Origin: Eledone cirrhosa
Taxonomy: Eukaryota
Reading direction: 5' to 3'
Length of the DNA: 64,000 bases
NCBI GenBank assembly: GCA_964016885.1
Contig: OZ024742.1
Span: 8,680,001 to 8,744,000 of the forward strand
Positions 16,220-28,864 of the stretch are shown here, one piece after another. Numbering within the stretch: position 1 is the stretch's first letter; every line of letters begins with the position of its first letter. The position numbers and the translations under genes were made by a program. Under the pieces are notes generated by a model. That model was not told the DNA's origin. It made no database searches and saw only the letters and a program-made list of their open reading frames with translations.

Positions 16220-16273
16220 AGACTTAACAGTTTCCTGTAGACAAGTGCTATTATGCCTCATATCATGTTACAT

Positions 16274-16343
16274 TATTTTATCTGATGAGAACACAATTTT
16301 TGTCCCAGGATGATTTTGTATTCGAAATGCGCATAATAAAATA
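16274..16343 (+). ncRNA. Canonical type I hammerhead ribozyme
   Basis: tattttat CTGATGA GAACACAA..TTGTATTC GAAA tgcgca TA ataaaata. 8-bp stem I, G10.1-C11.1, palindromic stem III ATGCGCAT; predicted cleavage after 16335. Confidence 0.8.
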
Positions 16344-16452
16344 TATGGAACTCTTTTAACCATCTTTTAATTTCTTCTTTAATATATACTCCAGTTCTAC
16401 CAACTCTTGATATATGCATAGTCTTATTGTTCTACAATATTACTCACCTTCT

Positions 16453-16485
<33 letters not shown>

Positions 16486-16625
16486 GTTGTTATATAGTAA
16501 GGTGCAATATTGGTTGTGTAAAATGGTCCAATAACTTTATGTTAGCAATATTAAGTTCTCCACGCTTTTGTATATCTCCAATTCCATTCGAGGGAACAGC
16601 TAGATGATGTAAAACGGAGTATAAG

Positions 16626-17436
16626 TATCAAAATGAAAATCCGAAGGCAAGGTAAAATTCCAATCATTTAATCACGACACATGTTTCAAGAAGCGATAGA
16701 TCGATTGTGAAGCCATGATCGATTATCACTGATCTCATCAGGTGAAAATGAATTGTCTTCAAATTCTTGATATGAGGGAGAAAAAAAACGATGTTCTCTC
16801 ACATAATTCATTCCCTCATATGAAGACACACCAGTCAGAGACAAGGCAACTGCTATTAGCTTTAGTTGAGGTCATAAAAGTTTTCAGACTTCTATCGCTG
16901 CCAAAGATACTGGACATCAAACAAATCCGTAGGGATACAGTCAGTCACAGTTTGAAGTGTGTGGGTACACACACACTCCACACCCGCATACATCGGCTCG
17001 AGGTCAAATAAAAATAAAAATAAATATATACATTCTTTTTCTTTTTCTTTTTCTTTGACCTCGAGCCGATGTATGCGGGTGCGGAGTGTGTATGTACCCA
17101 CTCACTTCAAACTGTGACTGACTGTATCCCTACGGATTTGTTTGATGTCCAGTATCTTTGGCAGCGATAGAAGTCTGAAAACTTTTATGACCTCAACTGA
17201 AGTTAATAGCAGTTGCCTTGTCTCTGACTGGTGTGTCTTCATATGAGGGAATGAATTATGTGAGAGAACATCGTTTTTTTTCTCCCCAATATCGAGAATT
17301 TGAAGACAATTCATTTTCACCTGATGAGATCAGTGATAATCGATCATGGCTTCACAATCGATCTATCTCTTATTGAAACATGTGTCGTGATTAAATGATT
17401 GGAATTTTACCTTGCCTTCGGATTTTCATTTTGATA
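16626..17436. repeat. Palindrome with ~383-bp arms and ~45-bp spacer, one HHR per arm
   Basis: 16626-17008 is the near-exact reverse complement of 17054-17436; the mirror ORFs 16742+ and 17320- confirm it. Confidence 0.95.
17311..17398 (+). ncRNA. Type I hammerhead motif (inverted copy at 16664-16751, minus strand)
   Basis: tcattttcac CTGATGA gatcagtgataatcgat..atcgatctatc..tt GAAAC atgt GTC gtgattaaatga; predicted cleavage after 17386. Confidence 0.7.
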
Positions 17437-17452
17437 TATATATATATATATA

Positions 17453-19067
17453 TAAAACATGTCTATAGAATCACAAGATAAAATATATACCATTTCCTCT
17501 CCCAATTAACATAATTAACTATATAAAAAATCGAATAGACCAGGCTATAAGAATGAGGCTTCTATGAAGAATTCTCCAACAAATAACCGAAACTAGCCCT
17601 TCGAGTCGGCCGCAACGGAATATTTATCGAATATTTCGACAGCGTAATCGCCCAGATACAGTCAATTAAACAGAATTAGGTGTAAAATAAACTAGGAGAA
17701 AATAGAATACATTTAAATACCTCTACCATGGTTTCATCCGCATTTTGAGATTTCCAGTAATTATGTAATAATTATATAACTCGAGCATCGGATTCATCAG
17801 GAAATTTGCTCGGATCTAGACACTAAATTTTCCAAAGTGATCGCGCCAAGAATTCATTCAAAATGGCTAAGAATCGTGACGTAGTCGGGATCAGGTTGGA
17901 TGGGGTGTGGTAGTTGCTTACGACTGGTGGCTTTTTTGCTAGAAAGCACAGCACAATAGAGCCAAATTTGTATCTCAACCCAATGGGAGATTATTACATA
18001 TAAAGGTTTACATATATATATATATATACATATATATACATATACGTGTTTTGCAACGGGTCACTTTGTGGCTCAATGAAAATCTAATAAATTAAATAAT
18101 CAGAGCCATATATCATAAAACATGTCTATAGAATCACAAGATAAAATATATACCATTTCCTCTCCCAATTAGCATAATTAACTATATAAAAAATTCGATT
18201 TTTTATATAGTTAATTATGCTAAATGGTATATATTTTATCTTGTTATTATTATGCTAAATGATATATATTTTATCTTGTCATTCTATAGACATGTTTTAT
18301 GATATATGGCTCTGATTATTTAATTTATTAAATTTTCATTGAGCCACAAAGTGACCCGTTGCAAAACACGTATACGTATATATATGTGTATATATATGTA
18401 AATCTTTATATATAATAATCTCCCATTGGGTTGAGATACAAATTTGGCAGTATTGTGCTGTGCTTTCTAGCAAAAAAGCCACCAGTTGTAAGCAACTACC
18501 ACACCCCTTCCAACCTGATCCCGACTACGTCACGATTCTCAGCCATTTTGAATGAATTCTTGGCGCGATCACTTTGGAAAATTTAGTGTCTAGATCAGAG
18601 CAAATCTCCTGATGAATCCGATGCTCGAGTTATATAATTATTACATAATTATTGGAAATCTCAAAATGCGGACGAAACCATGGTAGAGGTATTTAAATGT
18701 ATTCTATTTTCTCCTAGTTTATTTTACACCTAATTCTGTTTAATTGACTGTATCTGGGCGATTACGCCGTCGAAATATTCAATAAATATTCCGCTGCGGC
18801 CGACGGGAAGGGCTAGTTTCGGTTATTTGTTGGAGATTTCTTCATATAATCCTCATTCTTATAGCCTGGTCTATTCGATTTTTTATATAGTTAATTATGC
18901 TAATTGGGAGAGGAAATGGTATATATTTTATCTTGTGATTCTATAGACATGTTTTATGATATATGGCTCTGATTATTTAATTAATTAAACTTTCATTGAG
19001 CCACAAAGTGACCCGCTGCAATACACGTATATGTATATATATGTATATATGTATATATATATGTAAA

Positions 19068-19070
<3 letters not shown>
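17453..19070. repeat. Large palindrome of a ~663-bp unit with partial tandem redundancy in both arms, one HHR per arm
   Basis: 17453-18115 is mirrored at ~18301-18957. The unit start repeats at 18116-18195 and the unit end repeats at ~18958-19070. Confidence 0.92.
18604..18690 (+). ncRNA. Type I hammerhead motif (inverted copy at 17719-17805, minus strand)
   Basis: atctc CTGATGA ATCCG..CGGAC GAAAC catg GTA gaggt. Palindromic stem III ACCATGGT; the left copy has a fully paired ATCCG/CGGAT stem II base. Confidence 0.75.
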
Positions 19071-19099
<29 letters not shown>

Positions 19100-19103
<4 letters not shown>

Positions 19104-19289
19104 GAAGGTGAGTAATATTGTAGAACAATAAAACTATACATATATCACATAAGTAGCACTCAGCAGTTGGTAGAACTGGAGTATATATTAAAGAAGAAAT
19201 TAAAAGATGGTTAAAACATTTCCATATATTTTAATGCGCATAATAAAATATATGGAACTTTTTTAACCATCTTTTAATTTCTTCTTTAT
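19100..19289. repeat. Inverted copy of 16328-16455 that folds back on itself at ATGCGCAT
   Basis: 19100-19240 is the reverse complement of 16328-16455, and 19234-19289 repeats it forward. Confidence 0.85.
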
Positions 19290-19291
19290 AA

Positions 19292-19365
<74 letters not shown>

Positions 19366-19530
19366 TACAATAACAGAGATAGTTTAAAGCTAATCTCTGA
19401 CTGGTAACCATCTCACTCAACAAACATTAGGTTATATTTTAATATAAACCCAATTTAAGTGTTTGGGTGCTAACAATATGTATTATGTGGAAAAGCCAGT
19501 TGTATTATTTTACGAGATATAATTAAAGTT

Positions 19531-19795
<265 letters not shown>

Positions 19796-20151
19796 GTAGA
19801 CATGTTTCCTCACAGATCAATCAGTTCCATATGACAAACGTATGTTAGACACAACCTGAATATAACAGGTGAGTGTGTGAGGGGTGGGTGGGTGAGTGTG
19901 TGAGTGTGAGATTGGGTGGGTGTGTGTGTGGGTGAGTGGGTGAGTGGGCGGGTGGGTAGGTGAGTTTGAGTGGGTGGGTGGGTGGGTGGGTGCGTAATGT
20001 GTTATTTACAACACAACATGTACAAAAACGAATATATACACATACTTACGCAAACACTATCAAACATATATTCATATATATATGTATTAATATAAATATA
20101 TGGATATACGTATATATATATACATGCATTTGTTTATATATATATTTATTT

Positions 20152-20226
<75 letters not shown>

Positions 20227-20386
20227 TTATTTTTTAAATAATGTTTCTCCAATGTTTGGCCTACAGTAATGAGACAATGAAGACACTATTAAAATAGTTT
20301 AACATTTTCTTCACAATAGACACTTCACTTTCCTCACACAATAACATAATCGAACATATACTTCTCTCTCCCCCTCTCTCTCCCCC

Positions 20387-20444
<58 letters not shown>

Positions 20445-20551
20445 GTAATAATAAATGTGAAGACTAAAAACCAAAGAGGCCTCGACAAGTATTATATATA
20501 TATTATATATATATATTATATATATATTTATATATACATATAATACTTATG

Positions 20552-20687
20552 ATGATTTCTGATGATTTCTGCCGAATGAAACAGTTCTAGTCCCGTAGAA
20601 GCCTTTCTATATTAAATATTTATATTCTGCTTTGTATTGAGTACCTTACTAACTGTGGTTACCCCCGATTGAACCCGGGATAAACTT
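20552..20687 (+). mobile_element. Dispersed repeat with a hammerhead-like core; inverted relative at 37262-37432
   Basis: CTGATGA tttc tgcc gaat GAAAC. The downstream ~105 bp match the reverse complement of 37262-37365. Confidence 0.6.
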
Positions 20688-20710
20688 ATATATATATATA
20701 TATATATATA

Positions 20711-20792
20711 TAGGAACAAGTAAGACCCCGACGGCTGAGCTCAAGCCGTTTCGACGGCTTGAGCTCAGCCGTCAGGGTCTTACTCGTTCCTA
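20711..20792. repeat. 39-bp hairpin with a TTCG loop
   Basis: Arms 20711-20749 and 20754-20792, two mismatches. Confidence 0.9.
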
Positions 20793-20869
20793 TTACCCAC
20801 TCTAATACCCTAAGTATTGAGTACTTTGGTGCGTTATGGTCCACCTGGTTCCTTACCACATTTCCTTCG

Positions 20870-20964
<95 letters not shown>

Positions 20965-21011
20965 GACCCGTAGAACAAAGAGTTATTATAAGAATGGATT
21001 AAAGTTTAAAC

Positions 21012-21094
21012 AAAGAATCGCTGCTTTCACCCTGAACCGGATCTTCTGACACAGATTCAGAAGATCCGGTTCAGGGTGAAAGCAGCGATTCTTT
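21012..21094. repeat. Perfect 38-bp hairpin with a 7-nt loop
   Basis: 21012-21049 is the exact reverse complement of 21057-21094. A diverged single arm lies at ~11805-11838. Confidence 0.92.
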
Positions 21095-21344
21095 CCTTAA
21101 ACTTGAATCTGTTCTTTCAACCTGTTATTTTTCTCTAAAACCTTTTCCAATTCCACCTTTCCCGTACCTTTAATCTTTCCAATTAATCATTCTTTCTTCT
21201 GATGAAGGATTAGCGCCCGAAACGTTAAAACCCTTTTCCTGCTATTTCAAGCGTTAACCTAATATATTCCTTCCATACTGTACTGATTGTGTTGTTTACA
21301 TTTTTAAATACATGCATGCATACATACATACATACATACATACA

Positions 21345-21950
21345 TGGTGGCTGCCAACTCGTTTTCGAGTACGGCCACTACTTTATATCCCTGTAGGAGA
21401 ACCCCTACCGATGCGCTGAACGAGTGTGACTTTTGAGTCCAGCCAGCGACTTGAAAACTCTGGTACAAACACTATACCTGTGACAATTATTGACACATAG
21501 TGCTGGGCCCATGGTACCATGTGAAGACAAGTGCAGAGAGATCTCCAGATATAAAGCAATGCCTGTGCCGTGAAGCTTTTATAGTGAGCAAAGGCACTGC
21601 ACAAAGCCAGTCCCACTCTCTTAACCAAGATGATATTTACCAAAAAGAAGAACAAGTCAACATCATTGGATACCATCAGGGTTGCAGGTGTTATATCAGA
21701 GCTTTCCTTCTACTAGAATTCTGCCTTGACAAAGGCTAAGGGGTCATTATCTCCCGGTGATTTTGGATGGCCATTGACTCTTAAGAGCTCCTTTGCCCTT
21801 TGACAGGTTTTGTTTTTAGTCTTGCAGGATGTCCAAAGTCACCCTTCTCACCAAGAAACCTTGGTGGGGTTGCCAGTTTAGTCGCCAACGACCCGACCAC
21901 GAGACAGGTTGTACTGGAATACGTTACCAGTAGCACCAACTGGTGACCTG
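21345..21950 (-). mobile_element. Non-autonomous RTE-derived element, family A, copy 1 (~605 bp)
   Basis: Its 3' ~175 bp match the RTE zinc-finger and tail at 30437-30614. The rest resembles an RTE 5' UTR. Flanked by (TACA)n. Confidence 0.75.
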
Positions 21951-22040
21951 ACACATACATACATACAAACATACATACAAACATACATACATATATACAT
22001 ACATACATACATACATACATACATACATACATACATACAT

Positions 22041-22315
22041 GATGATGACTGTCCCCTCGTTATCGAGTATGGCCATTGCACGATATACCATTATTAATAA
22101 TTATTAATATCATGTAATGCCTGTGCGTGAAGATATTTTTTAAAGTGAACGACAGTAGCTATAACCCGAATAGAAGAAAAGATCAACATCATCGGTAACT
22201 ACTGAGCCGTAGGTTTTATGTCGGAGTTATCCCAGTTTCCTGAGTTGTCTTCTCCTAGAAGAATGCCCTGACAAATGCTAGGGGTTCTTCACTCCCAGTG
22301 GTCTAACCGCGCGGT
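22041..22315 (-). mobile_element. Non-autonomous RTE-derived element, family B, copy 1
   Basis: Tail tggccatactcgataacgagggg.cag.catcatc is shared with 28865-28902; the body is homologous to family A. Confidence 0.7.
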
Positions 22316-22373
22316 ACATACATACATACATACATACATACATACATACATACATACATACATACATACATAC

Positions 22374-22930
22374 ATGGTGGCTGCCAACTCGTTTTCGAGT
22401 ACGGCCACTACTTTATATACATGTAGGAGAACCCCTACCGATGCGCTGAACGAGTGTGACTTTTGAGTCCAGCCAGCGACTTGAAAACTCTGGTACAAAC
22501 ACTACACTTGTGACAATTATTGACACATAGTGCTGGGCCCATGGTACCATGTGACGACAAGTGCAGAGAGATCTCCAGATATAAAGCAATGCCTGTGCCG
22601 TGAAGCTTTTATAGTGAGCAAAGGCACTGCACAAAGCCAGTCCCACTCTCTTAACCAAGATGATATTTACCAAAAAGAAGAACAAGTCAACATCATTGGA
22701 TACCATCAGGGTTGCAGGTGTTATATCAGAGTTTTCCTTCTCCTAGAATTCTGCCTTGACAAAGGCTAAGGGGTCATCTCTCCCGGTGATTTTGGATGGC
22801 CATTGACTCTTAAGAGCTCCTTTGCCCTTTGACAGGTTTTGTTTTTAGTCCTGCAGGATGTCCAAAGTCACCCTTCTCACCAAGAAAACTTGGTGGGGTT
22901 GCCAGTTTAGTCGCCAACGACCCGACCATG
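22374..22930 (-). mobile_element. Family A copy 2 (5' truncated)
   Basis: Near-identical to the corresponding part of copy 1. Confidence 0.8.
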
Positions 22931-22949
22931 TACATACATACATACATAC

Positions 22950-23340
22950 AGATCTCCAGATATAAAGCAATGCCTGTGCCATGAAGCTTTTATAGTGAAC
23001 AAAGGACTGCACAAAGCCAGTCCCACTCCCTTAAACAAGATGATATTTACCAAAAAGAAGAACAAGTCAACATCATTGGATACAATCAGAGTTGCAGGTG
23101 TTATATCAGAGTTTTCCTTCTCCTAGAACTCTGCCTTGACAAAAGCCATGGGGTCATCTCTCCCGGTGATTTTGGATGGCCATTGACTCCCAAGAGCTCC
23201 CTCGACCCCTGACAGGCCCCGGCCCTAGCCCCGCAGGATGTTCAAAGTCACCCCCCCCCCACCAAGAAACCTTGGTGGGGTTGCCAGTTTAGTCGCCAAC
23301 AACCCGACCATGGGACAGGTTGTACTGGGATACATGTTAC
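22950..23340 (-). mobile_element. Family A copy 3 (partial, hypermutated)
   Basis: Aligns to copy 2, with a T-to-C cluster at 23190-23260. Confidence 0.8.
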
Positions 23341-23366
23341 ATATACATACATACATACATATATAT

Positions 23367-23722
23367 GATGATGATGGCTGCCCCCTCGTTATCGAGTATG
23401 GCCATTGCAGATATACCATTATTAAAATGTATTAATTAATTCTATCGTGCAATGCCTGTGCGTGAAGATATTTTTTAAAGTGAGGAAAGACTGTGCACAG
23501 AGCCAATCCCATTCTCTGTGCGACAGTAGTTATAACCTGAAAAGAAGAAAAGATCAACATCATCGGTAACTACTCAGCCGCAGGTTTTATATAGGAGTTA
23601 TCCCAGTTTCCTGAGTTGCCTTCTCCTAGAAGAATGCCCTGACAAAAGTTAGGGGACCTTCACTCCCAGTGGTTTAACCGCGCGATCTGGTGTCAAGCCT
23701 GACTATTTCTGTGTCCCCGCGC
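23367..23722 (-). mobile_element. Family B copy 2
   Basis: Aligns to 22041-22315 and carries an extra internal segment. Confidence 0.72.
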
Positions 23723-24003
23723 ATATACATACACATGCAATACACATATACATATACATACATATGCAGCGGGCGAGGAGGGCGACCCTGGACACCCCGA
23801 AGGACAAAAAACAATACCTGACAAAGGGCGGAAGAACCCACAAGAGCCAACGGCCATCCAAAAATGTGTACATATTTATATACACACACACACACATATA
23901 TATATATATACATACATACATACACAAATATACATACATATATACACACATATACATATACATACATACATACATACATACACATATATACATACATATA
24001 TAT

Positions 24004-24607
24004 ATGGTGGCTGCCAACTCGTTTTCGAGTACGGCCACTACTTTATATGTAGGAGAACCCCTACCGATGCGCTGAACGAGTGTGACTTCTTAGTCCAGCC
24101 AGCGACTTGAAAACTCTCGTACAAACACTACACTTGTGACAATTATTGACACATACTGCTGGGTGCATGGTACCATGTGATGACAAGTGCAGAGAGATCT
24201 CCAGATATAAAGCAATGCCTGTGCCGTGAAGCTTTTATAGTGAGAAAAGGCACTGCACAAAGCCAGTCCCACTCTCTTAACCAAGATGATATTTACCAAA
24301 AAGAAGAACAAATCAACATCATTGGATACCATCAGGGTTGCAGGTGTTATATCAGAGTTTTCCTTCTCCCAGAATTCTGCCTTGACAAGGCTAAGGGGTC
24401 ATCTCTCCCGGTGATTTTGGATGGCCATTGACTCTTAAGAGCTCCTTTGCCCTTTGACAGGTTTTGTTTTTAGTCCTGCAGGATGTCCAAAGTCACCCTC
24501 CTCACCAAGAAACCTTGGTGGGGTTGTCAGTTTAGTCGCCAACGACTCGACCATGAGACAGGTTGTACTGGGATACATGTTACCAGTAGCACCAACTGGT
24601 GACCTGA
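24004..24607 (-). mobile_element. Family A copy 4
   Basis: Full-length match to 21345-21950. Confidence 0.8.
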
Positions 24608-25297
24608 CATAAACATATATATATATACATACATACATACACACACATACATACATACATATATACATATATATATACATACATACACACACACATACAT
24701 ACACACATATACATACATATATATATATATTATCAATATATATACATACACATACACATATATACATATATATATATGTATTATAAATATATATACACAC
24801 ATCATACATACACATATATATACATACATTATACATACTTACACATATATACATATACATACATACACATATACATATACATACATACACATATACATAT
24901 ACATACATACATACACATATATACATACATACATACACATATACATTCATACACATATACATTCATGCACATATACATTCATACACATATATACATACAT
25001 ACACATATACATTCATACACATATACATTCATACACATACATACATACACATATATAGATACATGCATACACATATATACATACATACATACACATATAT
25101 ACATACATACATACATACACATATATACATACATACACATATATACATACATACATACACATACACATACATACACATATTTATATATACATACATACAC
25201 ATATATACATATGTATATATATACATACATATATATATATATATACACATATATATATATACACATACATATATATATACATATATACATACACACA

Positions 25298-28200
25298 TAT
25301 GAACAATCTGAATCCCAAAAGTTCGGTTTTATGCAAAGGCTAAAAACTTTATGGAACTCAAAACACCCAGAATTAGACTTTTCTCCAAAGCATTTAAATG
25401 AACAGGCAAAACGTATCATTAGATGTAAATTGATACATCTAACGGAATTGAGTGATTCTACAAATACAGCCCTTGTAGACAACCACCCCACCTCCACTGA
25501 CAGACAAAGAGAATGGCCAGCTAAATCTAACTGAACAGCCCACCAACAATTTTGCTGAAATCCATCCCACTTCCACTGAAGAACAGCGAGAAAGGTCAGC
25601 TAACTCTAGTAGTAATTGTCACCACATCAACAACGAGGCTGAAATTCATGACTCTACTGAACAAACAGAGCACCAAAAACTTGTGGACACCCTACAAGTG
25701 ATATGGAACGATATGTTTCAAGAGATGCACAGCCTAAATGTGAGTGACAGACCATACAACACCAGAATCAGTAAAGAACCCACTAAATTGGAATTGGAAG
25801 TGGTGAACGAAATAGCTGGCAATTATCTGAAGGCTATACGATCTAAAGGTGTAGAAACGACATTTGAAACGCTTAATGTTTTGTTATATGTTTCAGCTGT
25901 CACATTGCTATCATATAACACACATCTAAAACCACGCAATCAAGATACAAACAGAAAGCCTGAACCAGCGTGGATGCGAAATTTAAAAACCAAAATTTTG
26001 TCCCTGAGACGAAGTTTCTCACACATCGCAGTCGTTATGAAATGCAACATAGAGAGCAACTTCACACGACACCAGGAAGACCTAAAGAAAAAGTTAGAGA
26101 GACGATTTGGAGATACAAAATTTAAAACTTTGAACTCCAAATTACACCAGTTGAAACAACAACTCACAGCTACAACAGAAAGACTAAAATATAAGTCAAC
26201 AGCTCATAAACGACAAGTGCTAAATAGATTGTTTGCCAGAGATCCTAAATCAGTTTATCGCAGCTTCGGTGGCAAAAGCTCAATCCCTGTAAACGACACC
26301 CCTTCAAAAGAACAGGTTGAGAGCTACTGGAGATCTGTATGGGAAACGTATGACGGATTCAACAGATAAGCTAATTGGCTAAAAGAACTGGAACAGGATT
26401 ACTGCCAACATGTCCAGATTAAACAATATGACATAGATGGGTCAATACTGGAAATAGCTCTACAGAAAATGTCGAATAGGAAATCGTCAGGCCCAGACCT
26501 CATTACAGGATACTGGTTGAAGAGTTTCACTTTCTATCGGCAAGATCTCATACGGCTGTTTACAGAAACCATTAAAGGCACACAAGAACTGCCCAGATGG
26601 TTATTAACTGCCACTATTCTCCTCATTCCCCAAAATAGCCAAACCACCCTTGCTAAAAATTACCGCCCAATAGCCTGCCAAAACATCATGTAGAAATTAT
26701 ATACTGGGTGCCTTAACCTGTTCTTACAGGATCACTGTGCTACCAACAACATCATAACACCTGAGCAAGCTGGTGGAAAGAGGGAGGTGTGGGGTTGCAT
26801 AGATCACCTACTAACTAACAAAATGATTCAGGAAAAAACAACAAAGAATCGCAGAAACATGACTGGTGTGGCTGAACTATCAAAAAGCATTTGATAGTGT
26901 ACCTCATGGGTGGATTATTAAGGCTTTATAGTTAGCTAATGTCCCACAACCATTGGTAGCTGCTGTTGAACGCCTGACCAAGAACTGGTACACCAATTTG
27001 ATCCTTAGAGGTGATAAGGAGCAAGTTAAGACTGATAAGATACATTACCAGAAGGGCATCTTTCAGGGTGATAGCTTGTCAGTGCTACTCTTCGTTCTCT
27101 CACTGAATCCACTATCTTACCTACTCAGGAAACAGGGTGGACAAAGAAGTGGGCCCAGAAGTATCTCCCATCTTTTCTTTGTTGATGACCTGAAGTTGTA
27201 TGGGCCAAATATCAATGACATCAAGAAACAATTGGACCTCATTACACTATTTACAACCGACATCAAAATGAAATTTGGTGAGTCCAAGTGTGCATATTTG
27301 GCAATAAAACGTGGAAGAGCTGTGCCCTCCTCTAGAAATCTAGAGATGAACGGCCTGACAATACAATCTCTGCAGTCAGGTGACAACTACAGATATCTTG
27401 GACAGGATGAGAATGTCAGATATGATGGACCCATAAATAAGGAGAGAACCAGAACTGAATACCTCAGAAGAGTAAAGAAAATATGGTCATCAGAACTGTC
27501 AGCATACAACAAATACATTGCCCACAATACTTATGCTGTGCCAATTCTAACGCCAACATTTGGCCTGCTGAACTGGTCATTGCAAGAACTAAGTGAGATG
27601 GATGTTAGAACTCGAAAACTTCTCAGTGTTACTGGGAACTTTAACATCAATGGTGATGTGGATAGGCTATACTTCTCACGCAAGGAAGGTGGCCGGGGTC
27701 TAAAATCAATATTAACAACATATGAGACCCGGATAGTAACACTGAAGCAACACCTTCAACAGAGGAAAAAGGTTGGCAACCATCTTGTCCAGGTTTATGA
27801 GCATGAAAAAAAAAAATGTCATTAGAATAGCGACTGATCTGGAGGAGAGATATGGAATAAAGCCTGATATAAATCTCTCACCCAGAGAAATCGGAAGATC
27901 CTATTCAATGTTCAAACAAGATGAAAAAAAAATTGACCAATTTACAGAAAAAGTTGTGCATGGATACTTGAGGCGTAAAACACAGACCATAGAGGGATAA
28001 ACCACTCAAAAATCTGGCATGGAGTTCCGACAAGTTTATGACATCACACCTTGAGTGATATCTCTATGCAATACAGGAACAAGAACTCCCTACCAAATAT
28101 CTGCTGCACAAAAGAGGAGGACCAGCAGCTGACAATAAATGTAGGCTATGTAAAACAAAGATCGAGGATGTAAGCCACATTGTTGCCAGCTGCGAAAGAA

Positions 28201-28790
28201 TGTCATCTCGCTACTACCTCCCCATGAGACACGATGGGATAGCTAGAACCATCTGGAACGCACTTCGGAAAACAAAATTAACAACAAACGAGGAGGAATA
28301 TATAGAGACAGATGGCACTAAGGAATACTGGTGGAACCTGAAAATAAAAACTGCCACCAAATTAAAGCACAACCGGCCTGATATTGTTGTTTGGGACCAC
28401 ACATTGAAAACGTGTTCTGTTGTGGAGATCAGCTGCCTACTTGATGTAAACGTTGTCAGAAAAATACAGGAGAAGGAGGACATCTATGGACCATTGATGA
28501 GGAGTTTACAAATCCAGTATCCAAGATACACCTTTAGCTTCATACCCATCATTATTGGAGCTACGGGTTATATACCAACCCGTTTGGACCAAAGTATGAC
28601 TGAACTTGGATTTGCGGACAAAAAGCGCAGCTCCCTAATTCATAGTCTACAAATGGCTGCGATAGCTGGCACCTTCAAAATTTGCAAAACATTCTTTTGA
28701 TTCAAGGGATGACAATTTCTTTTCTTTTACAACCTTGCCACCAGGAAGGTGGCCGGTCAAAAAAATATACTCGAAATTAAGAGAAAGAGA
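25298..28790 (+). mobile_element. R4/Dong-type non-LTR retrotransposon (RT plus restriction-like endonuclease), decayed
   Basis: KSSGPDLITGYWLK, NYRPIAC, GIFQGDSLS, HLFFVDDLKLY, YRYLG, GGRGL; CRLC..H....C knuckle; RHD, HNRPDIVV, VVEISC and KEDIY. Flanked by CATA-rich microsatellite. Confidence 0.9.
25301..28700 (+). pseudogene. Single RT-RLE polyprotein ORF broken by stops and frameshifts
   Basis: Fragments 25683-26369, 26469-26693, 26953-27825, 27773-28000 and 28200-28700 are collinear. Confidence 0.9.
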
Positions 28791-28864
28791 TATACATACA
28801 TACATACATACATACATAAATACATACGTACATACATACATACATACATACATACATACATACA

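Noticed and set aside
16742-17320. Duplicated small ORFs MKMNCLQILD...
   Set aside because: A by-product of the palindrome, with a GTG start and no recognisable domain.
21195-21230. Hammerhead-like ctgatga..cgaaacg motif (similar ones at ~31690 and 37646-37675)
   Set aside because: Stem I and/or stem II pairing is weak or the core is mutated; treated as decayed pLTR relics, not functional ribozymes.
21383-24431. Repeated ORFs MVSNDVDLFFF... and MLGPWYHV...
   Set aside because: Incidental frames in copies of the non-autonomous RTE derivative.
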